Of a DNA stretch of 64,000 nt, positions 34,407 through 44,105 are shown one piece after another; position 1 is the first letter of the stretch, and each line of letters opens with the position of its first letter. Below the pieces are notes generated by a model. It ran no database searches. It was not told where the DNA came from and saw nothing but the letters and a program-made list of their open reading frames with translations. The stretch is from Burkholderiales bacterium. Lineage in GTDB: Bacteria; Pseudomonadota; Gammaproteobacteria; Burkholderiales; SG8-41. The stretch lies in assembly GCA_019751125.1 (NCBI GenBank), contig JAIENU010000022.1:7524-71523 (forward strand), read 5' to 3'. The position numbers and the translations under genes are program-made.

Positions 34407-35565
34407 CGGTAGCTGGTGGCTTGCGGCGAATGTCGTCGCGCAGCAGGTGCGCCGCAATGCCGAGCAGCGCGGCATCAAGCCAGAACACAGGCACCATGCC
34501 GAAGGCCGCGGACAGCGTGCCGAACACAAACGGCACCAGCACCTCGGTGCCCTTGTTTGCCATCTGGCGCAGGCCCATCGCCTCGCCGGTGCGCCCCTCG
34601 GGCGCGCGGTTGAAGGCGAGCAGCATCGACAGGGGGCTGCCGCAACCCAGTCCCAGACCGAGCACAAAGGACATCACGGCCAGCGCGGCAAAACTTTTCA
34701 GGAAGGGAAACACCAGGCAAACGCCCACCGCCAGCAGCAGCGACATGCACAGCACGCGTTCCTCGCTGAAGCGCTTCACCAGGTGCGGCATCAGCACGCG
34801 CACGATCAGCAGCGCGCAGCCAAAGGCGCCGAGGATCAGACCGATCTGCGAGGCGGAGAGCCCGACGCGATGACCGTAGATCGGCAACAGCAGGTTGTAA
34901 AGCTCCAGCGCGGTTTCGATGATGCCGGCGACAATCAGCGCCCGGCGCAGCGGCTTGTTGCGCAGCAGGTCGAAGGTGCGGCGTTCACTTTTGGCCGAGC
35001 CGCGCGGCACATGCGAGGTCGGCGGCAGCCAGCCGCGCCAGAACGCAAGCAGCAGCATCGGGATCACCGGCAGCAGTGCCAGCGCGCCGAAGGTGTAACG
35101 GTGGCCGATGGCATCGATCAGGAAACCGGCGGTGGTCGGCCCGAGCAGCGCGGTCAGCGCGATGCCGAGGCTGAACCAGCTGTAGTTGCGCGTGCGTTCC
35201 TGGCCATCAGCGAGCGCGCCGATCAGGTGCTGCACCGAGACGGTGTAGAAAATATAGCAGGCGCTCATCAGCGCCGCGGCTACAAACAGCAGCTCGAGGC
35301 GCTGCCAGAACAGCGGCACCGACAGCCCGACGAACAGCCCGGTCATGCCGAACAGCATCGGCTTGCGGAAACCGATGCGGTCTGAAATCTGCCCGGCATA
35401 AACGGACAGGAGCAGCGGCAGCATCGCGTTGGTGGCGAACAGCAGGCCGACCACGAACTCGTTGGCGCCGAGCTCCAGCGCGGACAGCGACAGCAGCACC
35501 TTGCTGCCCTTGAACGCGGTGTGCGACAACACGCTGAGCAGGATCACGCGAAAAACCAGGGGCAT
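34390..35565 (-). CDS. MFS transporter
   Basis: About 12 hydrophobic segments; GQISDRIGFRK motif A. Confidence 0.88.
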   Translation of the reverse strand: MPLVFRVILLSVLSHTAFKGSKVLLSLSALELGANEFVVGLLFATNAMLPLLLSVYAGQISDRIGFRKPMLFGMTGLFVGLSVPLFWQRLELLFVAAALMSACYIFYTVSVQHLIGALADGQERTRNYSWFSLGIALTALLGPTTAGFLIDAIGHRYTFGALALLPVIPMLLLAFWRGWLPPTSHVPRGSAKSERRTFDLLRNKPLRRALIVAGIIETALELYNLLLPIYGHRVGLSASQIGLILGAFGCALLIVRVLMPHLVKRFSEERVLCMSLLLAVGVCLVFPFLKSFAALAVMSFVLGLGLGCGSPLSMLLAFNRAPEGRTGEAMGLRQMANKGTEVLVPFVFGTLSAAFGMVPVFWLDAALLGIAAHLLRDDIRRKPPATEKNIQ

Positions 35566-35714
35566 GATCAGGGCGCCGTGTCCGGCACGCCGCATCCGTC
35601 GCAGCGGCGTGACGGTTCACAGGAAAAAAAGGGGAAGGAAAAGAAGGCTTGGAAATTCATGGCGGGCGCGTGTATTTTAACGCACCCCCACCTGCACTTT
35701 CCCGGAGAAACCCT

Positions 35715-36608
35715 GTGAAAATCCAGCATATCGGCGTCGTCAGTCCCGGCGACATGGGCCAGGCCGTGGCGCAGACCCTGAAAAATGGCGGCTTCACCGT
35801 ACACACCGCGCTCGACGGCCGCAGCCCACGCACGAAAGCGCTGGCACTCGAAGCCGGCCTCAACGACTGCGGCAGCATGGCGAAACTGGTCGCGACCTGT
35901 GACGTGCTGCTGTCCATCCTCAACCCCGCCGCCGCCATCGACAACGCCCGCGCCGCGGCCGCCGCGATCAAGGCCAGCGGAAAACGCCTGCTTTACGTCG
36001 ACTGCAACGCCATCGCGCCGCAGACCATGCATGAGATCGCGAAGATCATCGGCGGCGCCGGCGGCGACTGCGCCGATGCCGGCATCATCGGCCCGCCGCC
36101 GCGCGGCAAGGCCGGCATGCGCATGTATGTCTCCGGCCCGCAGGCGAAAAGCCTGGGGGCATTGAATACCGGCGGCATCACGGTTCGCGTGCTCGGTGAC
36201 CGCATCGGTGACGCCTCGGCGATCAAGATGTGCTATGCCTCTTACACCAAGGGTGCGGTCGCACTCGGCGTCGAAATGCTGATGGCGGCACGCAGACTGG
36301 GGGTTGACGAGGCCCTCGACCGGGAGCTGCTGGAAAGCGCCGCCGACAACCGGCAGTGGATCCTCAACCGCACCACGGTGATGCCGCCGAAGGCCTACCG
36401 CTGGGTGCCGGAGATGCAGGAAATCGCCAAGACCTTCGAAGGCACCGGGCTCACGCCGCGCATCCTGCTCGGCGCCGCCGACATGTACGAAATGATCGCC
36501 AAGACCGCGCTCGGCCGGGAAACGCCGGAAGAAGCGCGCAAGCAGGCCCGCGACGGGCAAAGCGTGGTGCGGGGACTGGCGGACGACCCGGCGGGTCGGA
36601 TCCCCTGA
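35715..36608 (+). CDS. NAD(P)-dependent oxidoreductase, 6PGD/3-hydroxyisobutyrate-DH-like with DUF1932
   Basis: GVVSPGDMG, DCNAIAP, ASAIKMCYA..TKG, KAYRWVPEM; GTG start with GGAG RBS. Confidence 0.85.
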   Translation: MKIQHIGVVSPGDMGQAVAQTLKNGGFTVHTALDGRSPRTKALALEAGLNDCGSMAKLVATCDVLLSILNPAAAIDNARAAAAAIKASGKRLLYVDCNAIAPQTMHEIAKIIGGAGGDCADAGIIGPPPRGKAGMRMYVSGPQAKSLGALNTGGITVRVLGDRIGDASAIKMCYASYTKGAVALGVEMLMAARRLGVDEALDRELLESAADNRQWILNRTTVMPPKAYRWVPEMQEIAKTFEGTGLTPRILLGAADMYEMIAKTALGRETPEEARKQARDGQSVVRGLADDPAGRIP

Positions 36609-36661
36609 CGTTCAGCCCCCTGACTTTCAGCTCCCCTTGAGTTCAGACCCCCGACGTTCAG
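36602..36661. repeat. Imperfect ~15-bp tandem repeat (4 units) between convergent stop codons
   Basis: CCCCTGACGTTCAG / CCCCCTGACTTTCAG / CTCCCCTTGAGTTCAG / ACCCCCGACGTTCAG. Confidence 0.7.
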
Positions 36662-37575
36662 ACGCGGTAATGCGAGCGGCGGTCGCGGCGGAACACGATC
36701 GTCGGCCGCCCTTCCGCAGCCTTGCTGTAGCCGGGGCGGATTTCACCCTCGCCCTCGAGCATCATCTCGCGCCGCATCAGGTGGATTTCGGCGCCATCGG
36801 AACGGGTGATGAAGGTGCCGTTGACACTGTGGTCAACGATGAAAAACTGCATGCGCTCGACGCGGATCGTGGCATGGCGGCGTGACACCACGGCATCGGT
36901 CACCAGCAGCTCGCAGCCGGCCTCGCGGCCGATGGTCAGGATCGGATGCCAGTGGTCGAGGCGACGCACATCCGGGCCCAGTTCCAGCACCAGGCTGCCA
37001 GAATCCTCAGGGATGGTGCGATGGATGTGCGGATTGATCTGGGTGCGGTGAATGAGATCGTCACGCCACTGCACTTCGCAGACCGAGGTTTTCGACAGCG
37101 AGGTCTTCAGCATGGCCTCGAACACGGTGCGCGTCGCCCCGGCGTGAACGGCACCCAGCTGGTCCCTGGTGCTTTGCGCGATCAGGATCTGGTCGGCACT
37201 GGCTGCATCGGCCAGATAGGCTGCGACATTGACCGTGTCGCCATAGACATCGTCTCCGCCGACCACCACCGGCCCGCTGTGCAGGCCGATCCTTATCTTC
37301 ATCACCAGCCCGCCGGGACGCAAGGAAGCCATCACCCGGTGCATCTCGATCGCGGCAGTGACCGCGCTGTCCGCATCAGCGAACAGGCACATGATGGCGT
37401 CACCGATGGTTTTCACCGCGCGGCCATGATGGCGCGGCAGGATCTGCTCCAATGAATCGAGGCAGGCGTTGATGATGCGCAGGGCCTCGATGTCTCCAAG
37501 GCGACGGTAAAGCGCTGTGCTGTCGACGATGTCGGCGAACAGCACCGCGAGATCGTCTGCTTCTGGATTCGGCAT
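36658..37575 (-). CDS. Class III adenylate/guanylate cyclase domain + FHA domain protein
   Basis: LFADIVDST, KTIGDAIM, RIGLHSG, GDTVNVAA; FHA motifs IGR, VSRRHA, SVNGTF. Confidence 0.9.
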   Translation of the reverse strand: MPNPEADDLAVLFADIVDSTALYRRLGDIEALRIINACLDSLEQILPRHHGRAVKTIGDAIMCLFADADSAVTAAIEMHRVMASLRPGGLVMKIRIGLHSGPVVVGGDDVYGDTVNVAAYLADAASADQILIAQSTRDQLGAVHAGATRTVFEAMLKTSLSKTSVCEVQWRDDLIHRTQINPHIHRTIPEDSGSLVLELGPDVRRLDHWHPILTIGREAGCELLVTDAVVSRRHATIRVERMQFFIVDHSVNGTFITRSDGAEIHLMRREMMLEGEGEIRPGYSKAAEGRPTIVFRRDRRSHYRV

Positions 37576-37796
37576 GTTTCCGTGACTGTTGATGTCTGGC
37601 GCCGCGAAATGCGTGACTGTCCGCGCGGCCCAGCCCCTTGTTGCCTGCCGCTACTCTACGCCAGCGCACAAGCCGCGGGCAAGTTGCCCGCGGCCTGGCC
37701 GGCACGACTGTCATCGACAAAAACCGGTGCGCCCTTCAGAATCCCGCCCATCCATACCTGCCGCACCCCGCGCACCCGCGTCACCGGAGATTGAAC

Positions 37797-38651
37797 ATGA
37801 GCACCACATCCGACACCCGCAACATGGCCCTGTTCTGCGACTTCGAGAACGTCGCGCTCGGCGTGCGCGAAGCCAAGTACCCTGACTTCGAGATCAAGCG
37901 CGTGCTCGAACGCCTGCTGCTCAAGGGCGACATCGTGGTGAAAAAGGCCTACTGCGACTGGGAGCGCTACAAGGAATTCAAGAAACCGATGCATGAAGCG
38001 GCCTTCGAACTGATCGAAATCCCGCATGTGCGCATGTCCGGCAAGAACTCCGCCGACATCCGCATGGTGGTTGACGCGCTGGACCTTTGCTACACCAAGG
38101 CCCACGTCGATACCTTCGTCATCATCAGCGGCGACTCCGATTTTTCACCGCTGGTGTCCAAGCTGCGCGAGAACAACAAGGTGGTGATCGGCGTCGGCGT
38201 CAAGAAATCCTCCTCCGACCTGCTGATTTCCAACTGCGACGAATTCATTTTCTACGACGACCTCGCCCGCGAAAAAGAGAAAAAGCAGGCGAAAAAACAG
38301 CAGCGGCCGAAAAAACCCGCCGCACCGAAGGTCGCTGCTGGCGGTGAAAAGGACAGCCCCGAAAAAGAGACTGGCGACAAGGACGGCAGCGACCGCAAGA
38401 CCGAAGCGCTTGACCTGGTTCTCGAGACGATCGAGGCACTGTTCGCCGAACGCGGCGCCGAGGAAAAGATCTGGGGCTCGATGGTGAAACAGGCCCTGAA
38501 GCGCCGCCAGCCGGGCTTCAACGAGAGTTATTACGGCTTCCGCTCCTTTGGCAAGCTGCTCGACGAGGCGCAGTCCCGCAAGCTGCTCGAACTCGAGCCC
38601 GACGAAAAATCGGGCGGCGTGATCATCAAGAGCTTCAACCCGGACTATTGA
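37797..38651 (+). CDS. NYN (LabA/DUF88) domain protein with C-terminal OST-HTH/LOTUS
   Basis: FCDFEN, KNSADIRMVVDA, SGDSDF, CDEFIFYD; PGFNESYYGFRSFGKLL. Confidence 0.9.
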   Translation: MSTTSDTRNMALFCDFENVALGVREAKYPDFEIKRVLERLLLKGDIVVKKAYCDWERYKEFKKPMHEAAFELIEIPHVRMSGKNSADIRMVVDALDLCYTKAHVDTFVIISGDSDFSPLVSKLRENNKVVIGVGVKKSSSDLLISNCDEFIFYDDLAREKEKKQAKKQQRPKKPAAPKVAAGGEKDSPEKETGDKDGSDRKTEALDLVLETIEALFAERGAEEKIWGSMVKQALKRRQPGFNESYYGFRSFGKLLDEAQSRKLLELEPDEKSGGVIIKSFNPDY

Positions 38652-38707
38652 ACGAAGGCACCGCGGCACGGTCTGAAGCGCAATAGCCGAAGGAAAAAAA
38701 CCAGCCC

Positions 38708-39010
38708 ATGACCACCGGACCCCGTATCCACATCCAGATGCGACCGCAGGCCGGACTGCTCGAGCGCATCGTATTCAGCATCATCGCCCTGCTGCTGGTG
38801 GTGGCCGCCTTCTTTTTCATCGGCATCGCGATCATCGCCGGCCTTGCACTCGCCGCGGTACTGGCAGCGCGCTGGTGGTGGCTCGGGCGCAAGTTGCGCA
38901 AGGCCCAGCAGGCGGAACAGGCCGATGTGGTTGAAGGTGAATACCGCGTGGTCGGGGCCGAGGTAATCGAAGCCGCGGTGATCGAACAGCCGCCGCAACG
39001 CCGCGAATAG
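38708..39010 (+). CDS. Small membrane protein
   Basis: Long hydrophobic hairpin, RWWWLGRK, DVVEGEYRVV tail. Confidence 0.75.
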   Translation: MTTGPRIHIQMRPQAGLLERIVFSIIALLLVVAAFFFIGIAIIAGLALAAVLAARWWWLGRKLRKAQQAEQADVVEGEYRVVGAEVIEAAVIEQPPQRRE

Positions 39011-39030
39011 CCACGCCGCCTTCGCGCGAA

Positions 39031-39939
39031 TCAGTCCGGCTTGCGGTCCAGCTCCTGATCCAGCAGCGAAACCGGATCCTCCAGCGGTTCAAGATGGGTC
39101 AGCACATGGGCGTTCGGCACCGCGCCGCGGATGTCGTGTTCGATGCGCTCCACACAGTCATGCCCCTGCTTCACGGTCCAGGCGCCGGGCACCAGCACGT
39201 GCACGGTGACAAAAGCGCGGCTGCCCGACTGCCGGGTGCGCAGTGCATGGAAATCAAGCCCCTGTGCACGGTAACCATCAAGTACGCCTTCGATTCCGGC
39301 CAGCTGTTCCGGCGGCAGCGACACATCCATCAGTCCTTCGACTGAACGCCGCATCAGCTGCAGTCCGGTCCAGACAATGTTCAGCGCCACCAGCAGCGCA
39401 ATCACCGGATCAAGCCACAGCCAGCCGCTGAACCACACCAGCGCAACTCCGGCCACCACACCCACCGAAGTCCAGACATCGGTCATCAGGTGGTGCGCAT
39501 CCGCCTCCAGCGTGATCGAACGATGCTCACGCCCGACCTTGAGCAGTACGCGCGCCACCGCCAGGTTGATCAGCGAAGCGACCACCGCAACCGCCAGACC
39601 CGCGCCCACCGACTCGATCGGCTGCGGACTCCACAGGCGGTCCACCGCGGCATAGGCAATGCTGATTGCCGCCACCAGGATCAGCATGCCTTCAAAGGCG
39701 CTGGAGAAATACTCGGCCTTTTCGCGGCCGTGGGCATGGCGCTCGTCGGCCGGCGTCGCGGCCACGCTCAATGCCCACAGCGCCATCATCGCCGCCGCCA
39801 GATTGACCAGCGATTCCAGCGCATCGGAGAGTAATCCCACCGAACCCGTCATCCACCAGGCGGCACCCTTGAGCAGGATCGTGACCACCGCTGCCGCGAT
39901 GGACAGCCAGGCGTAGCGGGTAAGCCGGGCCGTGCTCAC
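39031..39939 (-). CDS. Cation diffusion facilitator (FieF-like)
   Basis: [35 protein letters not shown]. Confidence 0.92.
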   Translation of the reverse strand: MSTARLTRYAWLSIAAAVVTILLKGAAWWMTGSVGLLSDALESLVNLAAAMMALWALSVAATPADERHAHGREKAEYFSSAFEGMLILVAAISIAYAAVDRLWSPQPIESVGAGLAVAVVASLINLAVARVLLKVGREHRSITLEADAHHLMTDVWTSVGVVAGVALVWFSGWLWLDPVIALLVALNIVWTGLQLMRRSVEGLMDVSLPPEQLAGIEGVLDGYRAQGLDFHALRTRQSGSRAFVTVHVLVPGAWTVKQGHDCVERIEHDIRGAVPNAHVLTHLEPLEDPVSLLDQELDRKPD

Positions 39940-39961
39940 GATCGCCCCCGAGGGTTATTCA

Positions 39962-39990
39962 TAACCCGTTGTTTTAATTGATTATTTTTT
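39962..39990 (-). repeat. Dispersed AT-rich IHF-like element, copy 8
   Basis: AAAAAATAATCAATTAAAACAACGGGTTA; encodes the thioesterase terminal KK and stop. Confidence 0.85.
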
Positions 39991-40404
39991 ACCACCGCTG
40001 TTGACCAGTGCAACCTTGTTCTGGGTGCGCACATCGAAGCGCTCGACGTTGACGATGATGCGCTCGTGCACGCCCTCGCCGATGCGCTCCACCGCATCCT
40101 CGGCCCACACCCTGAACGTGAGCTTGCGTCCTTCAACCTTGACCACTTCGGCATGTGCCTTGACCCGCATGCCCACCGGTGTCGCCGCGGTGTGGCTGAC
40201 ATCAAGCCGTGTGCCGACAGTCTGATGACCGGCCGGCAACAAACCTTCGACGGCATTCAGCGCCGATTCCTCGAGCAGCATCACCAGCACCGGCGTCGCC
40301 AGCACCTTGATGCGGCCGCTGCCGACATGCGGCGCGGTGTCGCGCGTGCCGACCATGATTTCGGTGGAGCCCTGCAGTCCGCTGCGGATGGCGCTCAGAT
40401 CCAT
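39982..40404 (-). CDS. FlK-family hot-dog thioesterase
   Basis: VLATP..LLEE..TVGT.LDVSH.AATPVG (Thr/Glu/His triad pattern), GEGVHER. Confidence 0.88.
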   Translation of the reverse strand: MDLSAIRSGLQGSTEIMVGTRDTAPHVGSGRIKVLATPVLVMLLEESALNAVEGLLPAGHQTVGTRLDVSHTAATPVGMRVKAHAEVVKVEGRKLTFRVWAEDAVERIGEGVHERIIVNVERFDVRTQNKVALVNSGGKK

Positions 40405-40549
40405 GTCCTGTCCAGTCTTTTTTCCAGTTGATAGGGGCGGGCCGCATTGCGAGCGGCGATGGCACGATGTTACATTGAATCGAAACCGGGTTTTCCCGTT
40501 ACTGCCCGCTTCTTTCCACTCACCAATCGATGCCGGAGGAGACCGCGCA

Positions 40550-41680
40550 ATGCGACTGGGATTTTTCACGATGCCTTTGCATCCCGCGCAGCGCGCCCCG
40601 GCGCAGACGCTCGCCGAGGACCGCGAGGCGATCATCCTCGCCGACCGCCTCGGCTTTTACGACGCCTTTGTCGGCGAGCACCTGACCGAGCCTTCGGAAA
40701 ACGTCAGCAACAGCTTCATCTTCCTCGCCACGCTGATCCACCACACACGCACCATCAAACTCGCCACCGGCACTTCCAATCTGTCGCACAGCCACCCGGC
40801 GCTGATCGCTGCGCATGCCGCGATGTTCGACCACCTCGCCGGCGGCCGCTTCATCTTCGGTGTCAGCCCCGGCGCACTGCCCTCGGATGCCGAGGTGCTG
40901 GGCCTGCTCGACGAGGACCGCAACAAGCTGTTCGCCGAAGCGATCGACGTCATCCTCGAAATCTGGAAGCGCGATGTGCCCTATGACATCGACCTGCCCG
41001 GCAACCGCTTCAAGGTCAGCACCGCGCGCACACGCAACGCCGAAATCGGCCGCGGCGCGATGTACAAGCCGCTGCAGCAACCACGCCCGGAAATCGTCGG
41101 CACCGTGGTCGCCCCCGGCTCGAAGGGAGTGATCGCAATGGGCGAGCGCGACTTCCATCCGCTGTCGGCAAATTTCCTGCTGTCGCAGTACCTGCCCTCG
41201 CACTGGCAGAACTACGCCGAGGGCAAACGCCGCGCAGGCCAGGTGGCCGATCCTGCCGACTGGCGCATCGCGCGCACCATCTTTGTCGCCGATGACGAAC
41301 ACACCGCGCGCCGCTACGCGCTCGAGGATGCGGCCAGCCCGTACCGCTATTACTGGGAACTGCTGCTGAAAAAGATGCTGATCTCGAAGCGCCACATCAT
41401 TTTCAAGACCAGCCCGGAACAGGACGACCGCGAGCTGACCACCGACTACATGGTCAAGCGGCTGGTGATCTGCGGCACGCCGGACAGCGTGGCCGAGCAG
41501 ATACTCGCACTGCGCGAACAAACCGGCGACTTCGGCGAAATCGTCTACGCCGGCATGGACTGGGTGGATCCGCGGCTGGCGAAACGCTCGATGGAACTGA
41601 TGGCGGAAAAAGTCATGCCGCAGATCAACCGCGCGATCGGACAGACGACCCGCTCCGCCGCGACATCCGCAGCCGGTTGA
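40550..41680 (+). CDS. LLM-class flavin-dependent oxidoreductase
   Basis: MRLGFFTMPLHP, ADRLGF..AFVGEH, IKLATG, DHLAGGRFIFGV; GGAGGAG RBS. Confidence 0.9.
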   Translation: MRLGFFTMPLHPAQRAPAQTLAEDREAIILADRLGFYDAFVGEHLTEPSENVSNSFIFLATLIHHTRTIKLATGTSNLSHSHPALIAAHAAMFDHLAGGRFIFGVSPGALPSDAEVLGLLDEDRNKLFAEAIDVILEIWKRDVPYDIDLPGNRFKVSTARTRNAEIGRGAMYKPLQQPRPEIVGTVVAPGSKGVIAMGERDFHPLSANFLLSQYLPSHWQNYAEGKRRAGQVADPADWRIARTIFVADDEHTARRYALEDAASPYRYYWELLLKKMLISKRHIIFKTSPEQDDRELTTDYMVKRLVICGTPDSVAEQILALREQTGDFGEIVYAGMDWVDPRLAKRSMELMAEKVMPQINRAIGQTTRSAATSAAG

Positions 41681-42007
41681 ACCTTCCCAAAAAACCGCGG
41701 TCCACCCTGACATGGCAATACTGATCGGATACTGGTTGATGCTGGCCGCCAGCTGCATGGCAGGGCCGGCATCCGTACGCCTTCAGCGCCAGCGGGTTCC
41801 CGCCTGCATCACCAGCCGCACGCAAGCCGCCGGAAAGCCGAACGCCTTCGTCTCTTCCGCCCGGCGCCGCCACCGCCGCTGACCTTCCGGTCCGGCTGCA
41901 GCAGCGCCGGGCCTCACTCCAGAAGCAGGACATCGTCAGGCACCGCCTTCAGGGCGGCGCAGGACTTCCCGTCGCTTTGAGATGAAAAAAGGAAGGAAAA
42001 CAACACC

Positions 42008-42424
42008 ATGCAACAGAACATCAGCATCACCGCCCCTGATTACCGCAGGCTGAGCCGGCTTGTCGCCGACCTTGGCCGCTTCACACCGTCCGCTTTCAGC
42101 GGCGCCGAAACCCTTGCCGAGCTGCTCGATGCCGGGCGCATCGTGCTGCCGGAGGGCATTCCGGGCGACATCGTGACCATGAACTCGCGCGTGCTCTACG
42201 AAGACATCGAGGCCGGCGAGTTGCGCGAGGTCACCCTGTCCTATCCGGAGGACGCGAACCCTGCCCTTGGCAAGGTTTCAGTGCTGTCGCCGGTCGGCGC
42301 CGCACTGCTCGGACTGGCAGCCGGTGACGAAACGGTACTGCCGCTGCCGCACGGCCGCAGCGCCTGCATCCGCATCTGCAAGGTGGTCTGGCAGCCGGAA
42401 GCACACGGGCAGTACGAGTTGTGA
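42008..42424 (+). CDS. rnk: Rnk/GreA-GreB family nucleoside diphosphate kinase regulator
   Basis: DIVTMNSRV, LSYPEDA, SVLSPVGAALLGL, WQPE. Confidence 0.85.
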   Translation: MQQNISITAPDYRRLSRLVADLGRFTPSAFSGAETLAELLDAGRIVLPEGIPGDIVTMNSRVLYEDIEAGELREVTLSYPEDANPALGKVSVLSPVGAALLGLAAGDETVLPLPHGRSACIRICKVVWQPEAHGQYEL

Positions 42425-42446
42425 GTGTGGAGGTTGCCCCGCCGCG

Positions 42447-43187
42447 TCAGGCCTTGCTGCCGGCGGGGTCCGCGGGATTCCCCCAGTACCCGGTTTCGCT
42501 GCCATAACAGGTCGGCGAAGTCCGGGACGCCGAGGGATGGCGGCGCGCGATCAATTCTGCAGCCAGTTGTGCGGCCTGTGCCGGCCCCTGCAGGCGTTGC
42601 AGCCCCTGCGCGCCGACATGGTGGATGCCGGCCTCGGTGACGATGAAGTCCATCGGGATGTCGTAGTCCTGGGGATGGATGGTGTCGATGCGCGACAGCT
42701 CGAAGGCGACACCGATCTTCAGCGGCTGCGGCGTGATCGAGGCCAGCGTGCGGTCGAAATAACCGCCGCCGTAACCCAGCCGATACCCGCGCGAGTCAAA
42801 ACCCACCGGCGGCATCAGCACCGCCTGCGGCACCACCACACGCGTGCCCTCCGGCACCGGCAGGTCGAACACGCCCTTGCTGGTGGCAACACCCGGCCAC
42901 CATTCACGGAACTGCAGCGGCGCCTGCTTTTGCACCACCACCGGCAGCGCCGCAACGGCACCACCGACACGGAATCTGCGGATCGCGAAGCGGGTGTCGA
43001 ACTCCCCCTGCATCGGCCAGTAAAAACCGATGCTGAGCGACTTGAGCAGCGGAAAACCTTCAACCAGTGCATCGGTGATCGCCGCGCTCCATGCGCGATG
43101 TTCAGCCGCGGGCACCGCGGCACGGCGCGCAATCAGCGTATTGCGCTGCGACTTGCGCCAAGCTTTGAGTTCAGCAGCATCGTTCAT
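42447..43187 (-). CDS. 5-formyltetrahydrofolate cyclo-ligase
   Basis: GFYWPMQGE, GYRLGYGGGYFDRTL, DIPMDFIVTE. Confidence 0.92.
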   Translation of the reverse strand: MNDAAELKAWRKSQRNTLIARRAAVPAAEHRAWSAAITDALVEGFPLLKSLSIGFYWPMQGEFDTRFAIRRFRVGGAVAALPVVVQKQAPLQFREWWPGVATSKGVFDLPVPEGTRVVVPQAVLMPPVGFDSRGYRLGYGGGYFDRTLASITPQPLKIGVAFELSRIDTIHPQDYDIPMDFIVTEAGIHHVGAQGLQRLQGPAQAAQLAAELIARRHPSASRTSPTCYGSETGYWGNPADPAGSKA

Positions 43188-43251
43188 GCTTCAACAATAA
43201 CACCGACTGCAGCGCGGCGCAGGCGGACACCGTGCTAACCTCACCCTCATC

Positions 43252-44052
43252 ATGAATATCCCGCCACATCCGCAGGGTTTTTTGCGCATTGTTACGGCCC
43301 TGCTGATGGCCGCGGGGCTTGCCGGCGCAATTACACCGGCCACGGCCGCGACGCCCGCCGAACGCTACACCCAGTTCTGCGCGATGTGCCACCTGCCCGG
43401 TGTTCACGGCGCACCCAAGGTCGGCCGCCACGATGACTGGCTGCCAAGGTTGAAACCGGGCCTGAACATGGTCTATCGCAATGCCGTCGAAGGCATGCCC
43501 AATACCGCGATGCTGGCGCGGGGCGGCGCCGATCTTTCCGAAGCCGAGGTGCGGGCCGTGGTGGATTTCATGCTCGCGGCAAGCGCGCTGCCGGCTTCGG
43601 CGCTGCGCAATGCCGCGCGTTACGACAGGTTCGGCCTCAGCGACCGCGATTTCATCCGCCGCGACACCAGCCGCGACGGCTTCCTGTCACGCAGCGAGGT
43701 TTCCGCGGATCCGCTGCTGCTGAAGAATTTCTCGCGCTTCGACAGCAATCGCGATGGCCGCCTGAGTGAAACCGAATACCGCAATGCCGAAACCGCGCTC
43801 GAACGCGAGCGCATCGCCGCAAACGTGGACGACGCCACCCTGACCGCTGCGGTGAAACAGGCGCTGGCCGCGGTCAGGGGCATCGATTTCGAATACGTGA
43901 AATTCGACGTCAGCGGCGGCGAGCTGACGGTGAAGGGAATCGTCGGCCACGCCGAAGTCGCCGTCCGCGCCCAGGATGCGCTGAAACGCATCACCGGCTT
44001 GAAACGTATCAGCAACAATCTGGTATCGGGCGACCAGATCAGCTGGGATTGA
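43252..44052 (+). CDS. Exported cytochrome c5-like + EF-hand + BON domain protein
   Basis: Signal peptide, CAMCH..G..GAPK.G..DW..R, DTSRDGFLSRSE and DSNRDGRLSETE loops, DDATLTAAVKQAL BON. Confidence 0.8.
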   Translation: MNIPPHPQGFLRIVTALLMAAGLAGAITPATAATPAERYTQFCAMCHLPGVHGAPKVGRHDDWLPRLKPGLNMVYRNAVEGMPNTAMLARGGADLSEAEVRAVVDFMLAASALPASALRNAARYDRFGLSDRDFIRRDTSRDGFLSRSEVSADPLLLKNFSRFDSNRDGRLSETEYRNAETALERERIAANVDDATLTAAVKQALAAVRGIDFEYVKFDVSGGELTVKGIVGHAEVAVRAQDALKRITGLKRISNNLVSGDQISWD

Positions 44053-44105
44053 CCGGACCGGGCTGATCGGACGGTGCCGAGCCCGGTCCCCGCCTTCAGC
44101 GTTTC

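Noticed and set aside
37797-38651. NYN protein as a toxin-antitoxin or defence system
   Set aside because: NYN-LOTUS proteins are widespread, and there is no antitoxin-like partner or defence-island context here.
40460-40475. Sigma54 promoter before the LLM gene (TGGCACG)
   Set aside because: No GC at the -12 position (GG-N10-GC not met).
26955-42424. Functional linkage of ndk and rnk
   Set aside because: About 15 kb apart in unrelated transcription units; likely coincidence.
43188-43251. 6S RNA upstream of the 5-formyl-THF cyclo-ligase
   Set aside because: Only 64 bp separate it from the divergent gene, too short for ssrS.
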